Part shown: positions 1 through 10,594 of the stretch, one piece after another
How the letters are laid out: every line of letters starts with the position of its first letter
Position numbering within the stretch: position 1 is the stretch's first letter
Origin: Escherichia virus TH58
Reading direction: 5' to 3' (one strand)
Sequence record: MT446423.1
DNA length: 64,000 nt
The notes under the pieces: model-generated
What the model was told of the DNA's origin: nothing
What the model saw: the letters and a program-made list of their open reading frames with translations, nothing else
The model's database searches: none
Made by a program: the position numbers and the translations under genes

Positions 1-348
1 GTTCTCGTTAATATGGTAAAGAATTTGGTCTCCACCAGCATTTGCATATTTCTGAATAGACGCTTGATACGCTGCTTCCTGAGATGTAATCCAACCATAA
101 TACGGGTCATAGTTATCGTTACACATCAAAAGGACCCAGTATAATTGAGGGTTGCCATAAATTATGTTTGATAGTTCTTCAGGACGTGGAGAGCCTTTAA
201 TGTAATAAGAACGTAATCTATAATTGGCAGCCACACGCTTAAAGTACTCTTTATAGTTACGAAATATGTCTGTCATAGGAATAGTAGGTGCATTCTTATC
301 AACTGTTTTAGCACTATATCCTATTGGGTCGAAGAATGTAAATAACAA
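1..348 (-). CDS. 53: Baseplate wedge protein gp53, N-terminal 116 codons; gene continues beyond window start
   Basis: Minus-strand frame open from TTG at 348 (AAGGAG RBS upstream) to position 1; reads MLFTFFDPIGYSAKTVDKNAPTIPMTDIF...; matches T4 gp53 N-terminus from memory; divergent to gene 4 as in T4. Absent from ORF track because partial. Confidence 0.75.
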   Translation of the reverse strand, partial: MLFTFFDPIGYSAKTVDKNAPTIPMTDIFRNYKEYFKRVAANYRLRSYYIKGSPRPEELSNIIYGNPQLYWVLLMCNDNYDPYYGWITSQEAAYQASIQKYANAGGDQILYHINEN

Positions 349-375
349 AATAGTCTCCTTCCAATATTAAATTGG

Positions 376-383
376 TATAAATA
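376..383 (+). promoter_or_regulatory. T4-type late promoter TATAAATA upstream of gene 4
   Basis: Exact TATAAATA about 27 nt upstream of the gene 4 start codon. Confidence 0.5.
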
Positions 384-409
384 ATAATACTATTTATAAG
401 GAGGACAAC

Positions 410-859
410 ATGGCCTACTCTGGTAAATGGGTCCCGAAAAATTTAAAAAAATACCGTGGAGACCATACCAAAATAACGTATCGTTCAAACTGGGAAAAAT
501 TCTTTTTCGAATGGTTGGATAAAAATCCGGAAATTATTGCATGGGGTAGTGAAACAGCAGTAATTCCATATTTTTGTAATGCTGAAGGTAAGAAACGTCG
601 ATACTATATGGACGTATGGATGAAAGATGCATCAGGTCAAGAGTTCTTTGTAGAAATAAAACCAAAGAAAGAAACTCAACCGCCTATTAAGCCTGCAAAT
701 CTTACTACCGCAGCAAAGAAACGTTATATGAATGAAATATACACCTGGTCTGTGAACTGCGACAAATGGAAAGCTGCTTCTGCTGTCGCAGAAAAGAGAA
801 ATATAAAATTTCGAGTTCTAACCGAAGACGGACTTAGGAAACTCGGATACAAGGGGTAA
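410..859 (+). CDS. 4: Head completion protein gp4
   Basis: 149 aa, AGGAGG RBS; size and position (53 | 4-2-3-1) as in T4. Confidence 0.75.
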   Translation: MAYSGKWVPKNLKKYRGDHTKITYRSNWEKFFFEWLDKNPEIIAWGSETAVIPYFCNAEGKKRRYYMDVWMKDASGQEFFVEIKPKKETQPPIKPANLTTAAKKRYMNEIYTWSVNCDKWKAASAVAEKRNIKFRVLTEDGLRKLGYKG

Positions 860-861
860 TT

Positions 862-1683
862 ATGAGCATATTCCAAATTATATCTGAAGGCGTACAAGCC
901 ACTAAGATTGCTCAGTCTATGAATGAAAGAAAATGGATTGAGATAGGATTAGAGTACAAGAAAGCTAAAGAGAAAGGAATCACTGCAAAAGCATTTGCAG
1001 AATCAAAAGGAATAAAATACTCGTCGTTTACATCTGCAATGTCTAGATATGCATCATCTATTAAGATTGCACAGAAAATTGAAACGCTTGAATCTAAACC
1101 TAAAAATAAACTCAATAAGCAAGAACGTCAACTTCTGATGATAAACTCGTTTCGCAGTTCAATACGAGAAAAGATTAGAAATGAAGGCGCAGCAGTAAAC
1201 AACAAATCATCTAAGTGGTTTGTTGAAACAATTAAGAAAAGTGTAAAAGGTCATAAAGTAGTCAAGCCTATGCCAGGCAAAATTTATACTTACGTGTATG
1301 ATGCTAAACATAAAGATACTCTACCATACTGGGACCGATATCCTTTGATTATTTATTTAGGATTAGGTAAACATAATTTGATGTATGGGTTAAACTTGCA
1401 CTATATCCCACCTAAAGCACGACAACAGTTTCTTGAAGAATTGCTGAAGCAATATGCTAGCACAACTACTATTACTAATAACACAAAGTTGAAGATAGAC
1501 TGGAGCAAGGTGAAAGGATTTCAAGGTGCTGACAAAATGATTAAAGCATACCTGCCAGGCCACATTAGAGGAACAATAACAGAAATCGCTCCTAAAGACT
1601 GGGCTAACATAATCATGTTACCTACTCAGCAATTTATGTCAAAAGGAAAACGTTTCTCTGCGAATACTGTTTGGAAATCTTAA
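862..1683 (+). CDS. 2: DNA end protector protein gp2
   Basis: 273 aa (T4 gp2 274 aa), synteny between gene 4 and gene 3. Confidence 0.75.
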   Translation: MSIFQIISEGVQATKIAQSMNERKWIEIGLEYKKAKEKGITAKAFAESKGIKYSSFTSAMSRYASSIKIAQKIETLESKPKNKLNKQERQLLMINSFRSSIREKIRNEGAAVNNKSSKWFVETIKKSVKGHKVVKPMPGKIYTYVYDAKHKDTLPYWDRYPLIIYLGLGKHNLMYGLNLHYIPPKARQQFLEELLKQYASTTTITNNTKLKIDWSKVKGFQGADKMIKAYLPGHIRGTITEIAPKDWANIIMLPTQQFMSKGKRFSANTVWKS

Positions 1684-1785
1684 TTCTATTCTCTTCCGTT
1701 CTTCTGATATTCTGTTAAACCGGATTAATGGAAGAGACCTAAAACCATTATACTGCATTTTTATTAAAGCGTTTTTGAGGTGCTT

Positions 1786-2370
1786 ATGACTCGTCCAGCG
1801 AGACAGATTTTTAACCAAACAAATATAACAAACTTTGTTGTGGATATCCCGGATAGTACACGAACTTCAGGTTTTGTGCTCAATGCCCAAACGGCTCCAT
1901 TACCTGGTGTGAGAATTCCTGTTGTTGAAACTGTGACGGGCACAATGGGGTTAGGACGTGCAATGCGCGCAGGCACTACATTTGAATATGACCCTTTTAT
2001 TGTACGATTTATAGTTGATGAAGACATGACGTCCTGGATGAACATGTATAAATGGATGCTCAGCACTAATAACTATATAACCGGTCATAATACAGCCCAT
2101 GCTGATGGTCCTGAGTTTGTTACTTTGCACATTTTAAACAACAATAAGACTGAAGTAGTTTTGACGGCGAATTTCTATAAACCATGGATTTCTGATTTGA
2201 GTGAAATTGAATTTAGTTACACCGAAGACTCTGACCCTGCCGTTACGTGCGTAGCAACTATTCACTATGCGTATATGACGATAGAAAAGGATGGTGAAGT
2301 CATTGTATCTCAACAACCACGTCAAGCAGTCGAATCTAAATCCATTTCTAGACACCCTTCCTTGCGTTAA
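1786..2370 (+). CDS. 3: Tail completion / sheath stabilizer gp3 (by synteny)
   Basis: ATG at 1786 preceded by GAGG; track ORF begins at in-frame GTG 1780; position between genes 2 and 1. Confidence 0.55.
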   Translation: MTRPARQIFNQTNITNFVVDIPDSTRTSGFVLNAQTAPLPGVRIPVVETVTGTMGLGRAMRAGTTFEYDPFIVRFIVDEDMTSWMNMYKWMLSTNNYITGHNTAHADGPEFVTLHILNNNKTEVVLTANFYKPWISDLSEIEFSYTEDSDPAVTCVATIHYAYMTIEKDGEVIVSQQPRQAVESKSISRHPSLR

Positions 2371-2423
2371 TCGCTTCTAGCTCCGTATGTTATAATCACT
2401 CATAAATTATATGAGGAAAACCT

Positions 2424-3158
2424 ATGGAGCTAATCTTTTTAAGTGGCATCAAACGTAGCGGTAAAGACACTACTGCTGATTACATCAATTCAAACTTTAA
2501 GTCCGTAAAATACCAATTGGCATATCCGATTAAAGACGCTCTAGCAATAGCCTGGGGACGTAAACATGCTGAAAACCCTGATGTATTCACAGAGTTGAAA
2601 TACGAATACTTTGAAGGTGTTGGATACGACCGTGAAACACCATTAAATCTCAATAAGTTGGATGTTATTGAATTATTGGAAGAAGCGCTAATTTATTTAC
2701 AAAGTCAATATTTACCAATTAATAATGTTAAAGTATTATCATCATTAGAAGGTGGGTATTCATATCTAGATATTAAACCATATGAAGCCCTGCGTGAAGC
2801 TATAAATAATATCAACGACACATGGTCAATCCGCCGTCTTATGCAAGCCCTCGGTACGGATGTTGTCGTTAATTTATTTGACCGTATGTATTGGGTTAAA
2901 CTTTTTGCATTAAACTATATGGATTATATTGGAAGTGATTTCGATTACTATGTTGTAACCGATACACGCCAAGTCCATGAAATGGAAACCGCTAGAGCGA
3001 TGGGTGCTACAGTTATTCATGTGGTTCGCTCTGGTACGGAATCCACCGATAAACATATTACAGAAGCTGGGTTGCCTATTGAAGAAGGCGATTTAGTTAT
3101 TACAAACGACGGCTCTTTAGAAGAGCTTTATTCTAAAATTGAAACAATCTTAAGGTAA
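2424..3158 (+). CDS. 1: Deoxynucleoside monophosphate kinase gp1
   Basis: N-terminal P-loop LIFLSGIKRSGKDTTADYI; 244 aa; T4 gp1-like. Confidence 0.85.
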   Translation: MELIFLSGIKRSGKDTTADYINSNFKSVKYQLAYPIKDALAIAWGRKHAENPDVFTELKYEYFEGVGYDRETPLNLNKLDVIELLEEALIYLQSQYLPINNVKVLSSLEGGYSYLDIKPYEALREAINNINDTWSIRRLMQALGTDVVVNLFDRMYWVKLFALNYMDYIGSDFDYYVVTDTRQVHEMETARAMGATVIHVVRSGTESTDKHITEAGLPIEEGDLVITNDGSLEELYSKIETILR

Positions 3159-3162
3159 TAAA

Positions 3163-3848
<686 letters not shown>

Positions 3849-3862
3849 TTTTCACAAAACAG

Positions 3863-3891
3863 TTTACATAAGGATGATGGTGTGTTACTAT
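3863..3891 (+). promoter_or_regulatory. Early promoter (GTTTAC -35, TACTAT -10) inside inverted repeat AGGATGA/TCATCCT
   Basis: GTTTAC at 3863-3868, 17-nt spacer, TACTAT at 3886-3891; inverted repeat flanks the -10 element. Confidence 0.5.
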
Positions 3892-3926
3892 CATCCTATC
3901 AAATAAACAACCAAATGGAACCTAAA

Positions 3927-4190
3927 ATGAAAACTTTCAACGAATTCATCTCAGAATCGTCTGGTGTGAAAATTAACAAAGCGGTTAATCAGGTTATTGC
4001 TGATATTCTTAATTTGTATAACATTGACTTAACTCCGCATATCACGCTTGGTAACAAACGAAACTTTTTTATATTTGACACATCCGAACTTGATGAAAAC
4101 CAGTTCAATAACATTCAACGTTTTGCGAATGATAAAGGTCTTCGACACGAGCCTGGCGGCTATAAAAAATACGCAATATATTTGAAATAA
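3927..4190 (+). CDS. Internal-protein-like ORF with capsid targeting sequence (IPI position)
   Basis: Starts MKTFNEFISE, matching the T4 IP capsid targeting signature MKTYQEFIAE; sits at the ipI position between 57B and the tRNAs. Confidence 0.55.
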   Translation: MKTFNEFISESSGVKINKAVNQVIADILNLYNIDLTPHITLGNKRNFFIFDTSELDENQFNNIQRFANDKGLRHEPGGYKKYAIYLK

Positions 4191-4192
4191 AG

Positions 4193-4222
4193 GTATACAA
4201 ACCTATAGGGATATGTTATAGT
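4193..4222 (+). promoter_or_regulatory. Early promoter variant (GTATAC -35, TATAGT -10) with flanking inverted repeat
   Basis: Motif ...GGGATATGTTATAGTAGTCCTATC, shared with several other intergenic sites. Confidence 0.45.
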
Positions 4223-4259
4223 AGTCCTATCAAAACAAATGAGTAAATGGAGAAATAAA

Positions 4260-4445
4260 ATGAAACGCGCTGAACTGATTCGTAATGTTGCTGTAGTAAT
4301 TGCTTCAGTAGCTTTTAGTTTTTCGATGTTTGTAGGATTCATTTGTGGACTACTGACAACAACAGAAAATTCTATCTCATTGGTAGTAGCATTTCTAATC
4401 GGCTTAATCGCTATCGTTATGGATAAAATTGCAAAAGGTGAGTAA
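4260..4445 (+). CDS. Small membrane protein
   Basis: ATG 4260 with GGAG RBS; hydrophobic stretch VAVVIASVAFSFSMFVGFICGLL. Confidence 0.45.
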   Translation: MKRAELIRNVAVVIASVAFSFSMFVGFICGLLTTTENSISLVVAFLIGLIAIVMDKIAKGE

Positions 4446-4446
4446 A

Positions 4447-4809
4447 ATGAAATATCATGTATATGCGGATTTTGAAGCAAATCCTTCTAAAGACCCTGAT
4501 TGTCGTTTGATACGCGAACCATTTGATTCAGCAGCTCAAGCATGGGCTTGGATTAAATCTAAATCGCCTGGTTATATGTTCTTTGAAGTAGTCGATGACA
4601 ATGGTACACTGCATCCAGAACCTACAGAAACTATTAATTTCCTTCTGTTTGCTGGTTACGACTGTTATCCTCTTGGTGGTATTGACGACCTTGTTGCTAC
4701 AGGAAAAACCGTTGAGGCTCTTCGCGAAATTTATAAAAACGCAGAAGAAAATTTTGACTGGTATCATATTGTTGATGCTCACACCTTTGAAGTGGTGGAA
4801 CACTCATGA
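4447..4809 (+). CDS. Hypothetical protein
   Basis: ATG 4447 after AAGGTGAG; 120 aa. Confidence 0.55.
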   Translation: MKYHVYADFEANPSKDPDCRLIREPFDSAAQAWAWIKSKSPGYMFFEVVDDNGTLHPEPTETINFLLFAGYDCYPLGGIDDLVATGKTVEALREIYKNAEENFDWYHIVDAHTFEVVEHS

Positions 4810-5096
4810 TTCTTTATGCTAAAGTAAAATCTGTTGAGAATGGATATGAAAGCGATCGACGTGCAGCTAAAGCACTAGTCGATGACTATGGTATTTTGAC
4901 CCACTTTGAGGTTGAAAAGGTTTACGTCGACCGTTCATCTTCACAGGTTAAATTACTTTGGGAAGACCGCAAATTTAATAGTGTGAACTTTGATTTCTTT
5001 ATTGAAACAGAAAAAGGCCCTCTTGAATATGATATTTTCAAGAATCCTTTGAAATTACGTTGCATTGAATATAATTACATTAATATGGTACGGTGA
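4806..5096 (+). CDS. Hypothetical protein
   Basis: Start overlaps upstream stop (ATGA coupling); 96 aa. Confidence 0.5.
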   Translation: MILYAKVKSVENGYESDRRAAKALVDDYGILTHFEVEKVYVDRSSSQVKLLWEDRKFNSVNFDFFIETEKGPLEYDIFKNPLKLRCIEYNYINMVR

Positions 5097-5100
5097 GTAA

Positions 5101-5616
5101 ATGAATATTTGTTTAGGCAGTACAATTCCTAAAGGTTACGTAATTGATGTCACTACTTGGGAAAATGATGGCGACAATTATAAAACCAAAACATTATTTG
5201 GTGTAGAAGAGCATGAGCTCCAACAGTTTAAATATCTCTTGAAGAAATTTAAGAGTCGCCATTCTAGCACTAAAGCTGAACGTTACTGTGGTAATACACC
5301 ATTCAGTGATTGCTCGCTTTTAATCTATGAATACTTGGTTGAAGGACTGTTCTCAGACCAGCTTTATCCAGAATTCATTAAAAAGGTCTTTGATATTGAA
5401 GTCGACCTCGGTAATAAATCTGAAGAAGACGAATCACGTGTATTTGACCTGTTCCGTGAGAATGGATATTTGGTATCAGAAGGTCTCACTGATATTCTTG
5501 GCCATGCTTCTGAATATTATGATTATGATTTCTTGCGTGTAGTTGAACGTGTTGAATTCGCTTATATTGAAGAAGAAATTGTTTTGCCGACTGTTAAAAT
5601 GATTGATTTGCTTTAA
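5101..5616 (+). CDS. Hypothetical acidic protein
   Basis: 171 aa ORF in the operon frame series. Confidence 0.55.
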   Translation: MNICLGSTIPKGYVIDVTTWENDGDNYKTKTLFGVEEHELQQFKYLLKKFKSRHSSTKAERYCGNTPFSDCSLLIYEYLVEGLFSDQLYPEFIKKVFDIEVDLGNKSEEDESRVFDLFRENGYLVSEGLTDILGHASEYYDYDFLRVVERVEFAYIEEEIVLPTVKMIDLL

Positions 5617-5695
5617 GAATTATGTGTTATTATTAATTCATACCCTCTATTACCAAAGGTGCTCTAAAGTGCCTTTCATAATAGAAAGTTATTTA

Positions 5696-5769
5696 GGCCC
5701 TGTAGCTCAATGGTTAGCAGCAGTCCCCTCATAAGGGAAAGGTTACCAGTTCGAATCTGGTCTGGGCCA
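5696..5769 (+). tRNA. tRNA with CAU anticodon (Met or Ile-type)
   Basis: Hand-folded cloverleaf: acceptor GGCCCTG/CTGGGCC (one T-T mismatch), T-arm ACCAG-TTCGAATC-TGGT, anticodon loop CTCATAA; no encoded CCA. Confidence 0.65.
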
Positions 5770-5775
5770 TATATT

Positions 5776-5852
<77 letters not shown>

Positions 5853-5870
5853 ACTTCAAATGAGGAAAAT

Positions 5871-6215
5871 ATGAAAGGCAATATTTATTTGGTAGTTCAT
5901 GATTTAACGTTTTATTTTAACGAACAGGATACAGTTATTTCCGACCGGTTGATTAATTCGTTATATCAACACGCTGATTACGTTTATTTTAAAAATGAAT
6001 TCGGACATTGGAAGTTTCTTAAAAACCGTTCCGGGTTAACTAGTTTTGAATACTTTGACCGTAAAGACCTTTTAAACGAAATCCCATTGCAACATCGGTT
6101 CCAGAAACGCGAATCATTATATTATTGCCGTCATATACCAAACGCAGAATGTGCTTATGAAGCGATTAATCTATGGCGTCGGCGTCGAGAACAAATTGAT
6201 GATATGCCAAAATAA
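5871..6215 (+). CDS. Hypothetical protein
   Basis: ATG 5871 with GAGGA RBS; the upstream part of track ORF 5823..6215 overlaps tRNA-Arg and is discounted. Confidence 0.5.
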   Translation: MKGNIYLVVHDLTFYFNEQDTVISDRLINSLYQHADYVYFKNEFGHWKFLKNRSGLTSFEYFDRKDLLNEIPLQHRFQKRESLYYCRHIPNAECAYEAINLWRRRREQIDDMPK

Positions 6216-6522
6216 GAAACCGGGTCGCTACCGGTAAGTCGTCGGACTGATGTTCCCTGGAGTATAGTTCCTCCCACAGTTTTACTGTGTTCTGGTTCTT
6301 TACTATCACAGCTGAAACGGCGCACAGAATTATCGATTCGAGGAAATATCTTTGCCGTAAGCCGAGTAGCGTTTTTGACGGAACGTTCGGATATGGTCGA
6401 GATATGGCCTTTTAAAAATATTGAGTAGCGTCAACTGCTTAATAACCGGGTTCGAATCCCGGCGTTTCGTACAAACACTTGCCTTAGCAGGTGGAACCCC
6501 GACAAGGTTGCCGCAAGGCATA
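6216..6522 (+). ncRNA. Candidate structured small RNA region (positional analog of T4 tRNA-associated stable RNAs)
   Basis: About 300 nt with no credible + strand ORF, GC-richer than surroundings, tRNA-like T-arm CCGGG-TTCGAAT-CCCGG at 6446-6462, ends at a strong terminator. Confidence 0.3.
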
Positions 6523-6554
6523 GCCCCTTCCGAAAGGTTGGGGCTTTTTTTTTT
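6523..6554 (+). terminator. Rho-independent terminator
   Basis: GCCCCTTCCGAAAGGTTGGGGC hairpin followed by T10. Confidence 0.8.
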
Positions 6555-6596
6555 GGCATAATAAATAGATAAGTTAATTAACTTAGGAAAAGCAAC

Positions 6597-7061
6597 ATGA
6601 AATCATACGCTGAATTTTTGACTGAACAATCTAGTTCAGATGTAAAAGCCGCTGCGATTGCAGCAATTCGAGCAGGTAAATATTCTTACAAAGACGCCTC
6701 TGATGAAGAACGTTTCCGTTTTATTAGAGATTTTAAAGCCGAAGGTTTTACTAATGCTAATACTGTTAGCCGAGTTTTTAAAAGCCTAGCTGCATCAGGT
6801 GAATTGTTCCAGAAAGCTACAGGTAAAGCACCTGCGCCAAAAGCGGACCCTAAAGCCGCTCAAGAAAAAAATATCGCCAAAGGAATTATTTCTAAGTATG
6901 AAGCAATTCTTAAAGAGCTTTTAGTAATCAAATCAGAAGGCCAGAAACTGGCACGAGCACATAGCTTCAAAGATAATCCTCACGCTCATAGCCTTGAGTA
7001 TGTTGAAGATATCCAAAAACTTATTAAAGACCGTATCTGGTCTGCTAAACAAATTAAATAA
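6597..7061 (+). CDS. Internal-protein-like ORF with capsid targeting sequence
   Basis: Starts MKSYAEFLTE (CTS-like); 154 aa; terminator directly downstream. Confidence 0.5.
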   Translation: MKSYAEFLTEQSSSDVKAAAIAAIRAGKYSYKDASDEERFRFIRDFKAEGFTNANTVSRVFKSLAASGELFQKATGKAPAPKADPKAAQEKNIAKGIISKYEAILKELLVIKSEGQKLARAHSFKDNPHAHSLEYVEDIQKLIKDRIWSAKQIK

Positions 7062-7067
7062 TAGAAT

Positions 7068-7095
7068 GCCCCTTCCTTACGGTTGGGGCTTTTTG
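7068..7095 (+). terminator. Rho-independent terminator
   Basis: GCCCCTTCCTTACGGTTGGGGC hairpin plus T5. Confidence 0.7.
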
Positions 7096-7184
7096 GTATC
7101 TAGGGCATAAAAATATTTCATAAAGATGTTTACTTCTTCTAAGGACATGATACTATAGACTTATCAACCACATAGGAAAATGTT

Positions 7185-7688
7185 ATGAGTCTTTATACTG
7201 AACTGAATAAAAAATCTGAAGAATCTGCTGAAACTATTTTTAAAAACGTGCAAAAACGTATTTTAGAAAAGATGTATAACGCTGCATCTAAAGGTGAAAA
7301 ATCTTGCCGGTTCCCGATGAGGTGTTCCTCCGATTTATGCGCAAATACTATTGAATGGCTGGAAAGTGAAGGTCTTACGGTAGAGAAAAACCCGGCGACT
7401 TCTATTGACAGCGAATCATATATTAGTATTTCTTGGGATAAATCAAGGGTAGAAGAGAAAGATGGTGATTGGGTTGTAGATGTTAAAACTTCTGATGGTG
7501 GACGTTCTGTTGAAGTTTCAGCTGTAGTTAAAGGTACCCACGAACAAAGGACTTGGGGTTGGGGTGGTGAAGAAAAAGAAATTGTTCTTAGTGTGATTGC
7601 CAGGTCAACTAGTAATAAAATTGCACAAAGCATCATTGACGCTGCAATTGCTGAAGCAGAAAAAATTTGCAAAATTAAAAATAAATGA
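7185..7688 (+). CDS. Hypothetical protein
   Basis: 167 aa, RBS AGGAAAA; bracketed by a terminator upstream and a promoter downstream. Confidence 0.55.
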   Translation: MSLYTELNKKSEESAETIFKNVQKRILEKMYNAASKGEKSCRFPMRCSSDLCANTIEWLESEGLTVEKNPATSIDSESYISISWDKSRVEEKDGDWVVDVKTSDGGRSVEVSAVVKGTHEQRTWGWGGEEKEIVLSVIARSTSNKIAQSIIDAAIAEAEKICKIKNK

Positions 7689-7745
7689 TGTACAAACGCC
7701 AAGGATGGTGATATGATTACTCCACCAACAAATGAGGAAAACAAA

Positions 7746-7994
7746 ATGTTTAAGTCTGATATCGAACAAGCTAAAGAAATCGCCTCAGAATACTTTGGTT
7801 CATTCTTACGTCTTTTTGGAGAAATTCCTGAATTTAATTCTGCATCAGAATCTGCGGAAGCTTTAAAGGCCATTGAAAATATTATTTTGGAAGACCTTAA
7901 ATCTTTCGACGGTTCTAATCTTTCGGCACTTCCTCGTATAATCGATATCCATGTTCTGGATAAAATGGAAGAGATTATTAATTCGTACAAATAA
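7746..7994 (+). CDS. Hypothetical acidic protein
   Basis: ATG 7746 with GAGGAAA RBS; the track start at 7713 lies inside the promoter-like cassette. Confidence 0.45.
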   Translation: MFKSDIEQAKEIASEYFGSFLRLFGEIPEFNSASESAEALKAIENIILEDLKSFDGSNLSALPRIIDIHVLDKMEEIINSYK

Positions 7995-8024
7995 GTGTAC
8001 AAACTCTTGAGAGCAGAGTATAAT
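7995..8024 (+). promoter_or_regulatory. Early promoter inside hairpin GAGAGC...GCTCTC (cassette repeated at 40344)
   Basis: ACAAACTCTTGAGAGCAGAGTATAATGCTCTC; near-identical copy at 40344-40380. Confidence 0.5.
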
Positions 8025-8066
8025 GCTCTCGTTGGATAATAAAACCACCAATTGAAAGGTAATAAT

Positions 8067-8660
8067 ATGAACACACTAAAGAAACTTGTTGAATTCATCC
8101 GCACTAAACTGGGTACTGCTATGGCTAAAAATCTGACTGTCGAAGAACAGTATAACGCAGCCGCAGATAAGTTGATTACCCAAATCAAAGAACTAAAAAC
8201 GGCTTCTGTTAAATCTATTAATGAAGAAAAACGTATTCGCGAACTTGCTAATGAAAAGAACAAGCAAGCTGCTTCTAAGGAACGTGAAATTCGTAAGCTC
8301 CTGGCTGAAGGACAAGATGTTACCATGCATGCTAAGCTTGGTCTTCTGTATCGTCGAACTGCCGAACAACTTAATACAAAAGCTGCCGGGTATGCCGCTA
8401 TGCGAATTGAAATTGCTCGTAAGGTGGTTGAACTTGATGATGCTCGTCAGAATCTGGCAATCAAACTCGAATACATTCGTGAAACTCGAGCAGCTAATGC
8501 CCTTGGTATCTCTACGGCTGATGATGTAATTGAAATCGCTGCACTGACTAAGGTTGATATCGAAGACACTCTGACTCGTGTTGAAACGTTCAATGGCACT
8601 CCAACCGGTGTCGAAACCACTTCTGCTGATGTACAAGAATATATTAACTCTTTGAAATAA
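8067..8660 (+). CDS. Coiled-coil protein, function unknown
   Basis: ATG 8067 after AAAGG; heptad-rich, K/E-rich sequence; 197 aa. Confidence 0.5.
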   Translation: MNTLKKLVEFIRTKLGTAMAKNLTVEEQYNAAADKLITQIKELKTASVKSINEEKRIRELANEKNKQAASKEREIRKLLAEGQDVTMHAKLGLLYRRTAEQLNTKAAGYAAMRIEIARKVVELDDARQNLAIKLEYIRETRAANALGISTADDVIEIAALTKVDIEDTLTRVETFNGTPTGVETTSADVQEYINSLK

Positions 8661-8709
8661 AATAATACGGAGGACTCCGGTCCTCCTTTTGGATAATAAA
8701 GGAGTTAAC

Positions 8710-9306
8710 ATGCGAAACCAAAATAATGATATTGACTCGATGTTCGAAGAGTTCCGAAATAAGGTAAATCCACCTACGTCTTTAGTTGATTCATTACGAT
8801 ATATTGCAACTGGACGTAAATGGTACTGGTCGTCTTCTTATGAGACAACTGAATATGCAAATAACCGAAAATCTTTATTAGCCCCAGGTATTATGATTCA
8901 TGATATCGGAGCTATTGCTAAACTAGTTGCAGACCATGATATTAGATTCACTGATTTCGTTGCTCCTACGTGGTCTGTTTGTTGTTTAAACACTGAATGG
9001 GACTATATCAGTGAACGCTCTGAAGATTATTATGGTTTTAGAGATAAGCTCTTAAGGTCTAACATGTTTTATATCGATACTGAAGTCCTAGTCGATAATA
9101 AAAAATATTACTTTACGTTAATCGTCGATTCTGAAACTATGTATGAAGGCAAGCCTTTGCTTAAAAGAGTTGATGCTTTAAGTGCTATTGATGCGCTTTA
9201 TGAAACTATGGTTGTTAGTCCTAATTTCACTAACAATTTAATCCTTGAGCAATTTATTATGGAATGTAGAGAATATGTCAAAGCCAACCCTATACATGCC
9301 AAGTAA
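8710..9306 (+). CDS. Hypothetical protein with C-terminal QFIMECR motif
   Basis: ATG 8710 after AAGGAG; C-terminal region shares the motif of the junction-cassette family. Confidence 0.55.
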   Translation: MRNQNNDIDSMFEEFRNKVNPPTSLVDSLRYIATGRKWYWSSSYETTEYANNRKSLLAPGIMIHDIGAIAKLVADHDIRFTDFVAPTWSVCCLNTEWDYISERSEDYYGFRDKLLRSNMFYIDTEVLVDNKKYYFTLIVDSETMYEGKPLLKRVDALSAIDALYETMVVSPNFTNNLILEQFIMECREYVKANPIHAK

Positions 9307-9670
9307 GCCCTGGGCATACGAATACAAACGTAAATTAATTCCTAATGAAGTGTTGTTTGGTCCTATTTTAGCTTTAGCATTTTTAATCTTTATGATTATA
9401 GGAGCTATTTTAGATTCCAATAAAGTTATATCGTCTGATGCAGTGTTTTTACTTATTATAGTCGGGTCGTTTATTGTACCATTTTTATTAATGCCTATTA
9501 ACTGGGTGGGATATTGGTACCAAGGACGTCATCATAGAGCCCGATTAAGAGAATGGAAAGTTCAGTGCGCAAAAGCCCAAGCTCAGTATGACGAAGCTGT
9601 TAAAAAGTATGAATATGAAGAAGCTATGGAATTCGTTAAGGAAATAAGATGCAAAAGCCTCAACTCTTAA
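9275..9670 (+). CDS. Small membrane protein with C-terminal EFVKEIRCK motif
   Basis: Two predicted TM helices; start assignment uncertain (ATG 9275 chosen). Confidence 0.45.
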   Translation: MSKPTLYMPSKPWAYEYKRKLIPNEVLFGPILALAFLIFMIIGAILDSNKVISSDAVFLLIIVGSFIVPFLLMPINWVGYWYQGRHHRARLREWKVQCAKAQAQYDEAVKKYEYEEAMEFVKEIRCKSLNS

Positions 9671-10008
9671 CCGTATGGCCTTCTCTTGGTGAGAACATTC
9701 TAATTTTTATTATGAGTATTGGCATGGGATTTGCCTTTGGACTAGTTGGATTTCTTATTGACGGTGTTGTGTTAGGATTTATAGGGAACACCGGTGGATT
9801 CACAGACCAATGGCAGGACTTACGGTATACCCAAGCCTTTGCATCCATCGCATCCTTTTGTACTGTAGTCTATTTTTACTATGATTTTATAAGCCATAAC
9901 AAGAAAAATAAAAAGGTTTACGCTTCTCAAATGATTAGTTATAATGAACTCCTAGCTAGACGTGAAAATGAAACAATAGAAAACTTTATTAAGGAATGTA
10001 GAAAATGA
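9649..10008 (+). CDS. Small membrane protein ending ENFIKECRK
   Basis: AAGGA RBS; two hydrophobic helices; conserved C-terminal tail. Confidence 0.55.
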   Translation: MQKPQLLTVWPSLGENILIFIMSIGMGFAFGLVGFLIDGVVLGFIGNTGGFTDQWQDLRYTQAFASIASFCTVVYFYYDFISHNKKNKKVYASQMISYNELLARRENETIENFIKECRK

Positions 10009-10310
10009 GTAAGATTATTGAAATTAAAGTACCAGAGTTTAATGATGCCAAATCCGCTTCAGATGCAATTTATAAACTTCTGAATCAAGCTGAACGTATC
10101 GAAGAAGAGGCAACAAAGATCGCAGACCAATACGCCGTATCATTTTCTGTAGGTGATTATGGTAGCGGTCGTACTTATTATCCTAAGGGTGAAATCGTAT
10201 CCCAGTGGATGAAAGATGAAATTGAAAATAATGGTGGCGATGTTAAGCGTGAAGGTAATGGTTACGTTATTACTGAAGGTGCTTGGGTTTCGTCTTCTGC
10301 GTTGTGCTAA
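10005..10310 (+). CDS. Small acidic protein, paralog 1 of 3 (C-terminal GAWVSSSALC)
   Basis: Start overlaps upstream stop; shared C-terminal motif with the next two ORFs. Confidence 0.55.
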   Translation: MSKIIEIKVPEFNDAKSASDAIYKLLNQAERIEEEATKIADQYAVSFSVGDYGSGRTYYPKGEIVSQWMKDEIENNGGDVKREGNGYVITEGAWVSSSALC

Positions 10311-10321
10311 GGGGAATCATT

Positions 10322-10594
10322 ATGTCTAAAGAACAAACCGAACTGGCTGAAGCTGTAGCAAAAATCTATGCAGCTATTGAGGCTGCCAAAGAAATTGCTG
10401 ATAAACAAAACACAACATTCGACTTGTGTCCAGCTTATGGTATGGGCGGAACCTATCATTCACCCGGACAACTTAAAGCCGATCTTGAACGTTGTACAAA
10501 AAACGGCTATGCTGAATGGGCTGACGTTTACCAATACGACTACAATCTGAGCCTCGAAACTGGTGGTTGGATTGCATCTTCTCACACTTGTTAA
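10322..10594 (+). CDS. Small acidic protein, paralog 2 of 3 (C-terminal GGWIASSHTC)
   Basis: ATG 10322 after AAGGGG RBS. Confidence 0.55.
   Translation: MSKEQTELAEAVAKIYAAIEAAKEIADKQNTTFDLCPAYGMGGTYHSPGQLKADLERCTKNGYAEWADVYQYDYNLSLETGGWIASSHTC

Noticed and set aside
6379-6470. Possible third tRNA (acceptor CGGAACG/CGTTTCG with a good T-arm)
   Set aside because: No acceptable anticodon stem-loop could be folded by hand (the only stem leaves a 12-nt loop); kept only as a tRNA-like element within the ncRNA candidate.
7193-8326. 377-aa ORF on the minus strand overlapping three + strand genes
   Set aside because: Antisense to ORFs that have their own promoters, RBSs and terminators; low-complexity Ser/Leu-rich translation typical of a shadow ORF; no RBS or promoter on the minus strand.
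8067-8660. PspA/IM30-like identity for the coiled-coil protein
   Set aside because: Only a general coiled-coil resemblance; no specific motif could be matched from memory, so it is left as an uncharacterised coiled-coil protein.
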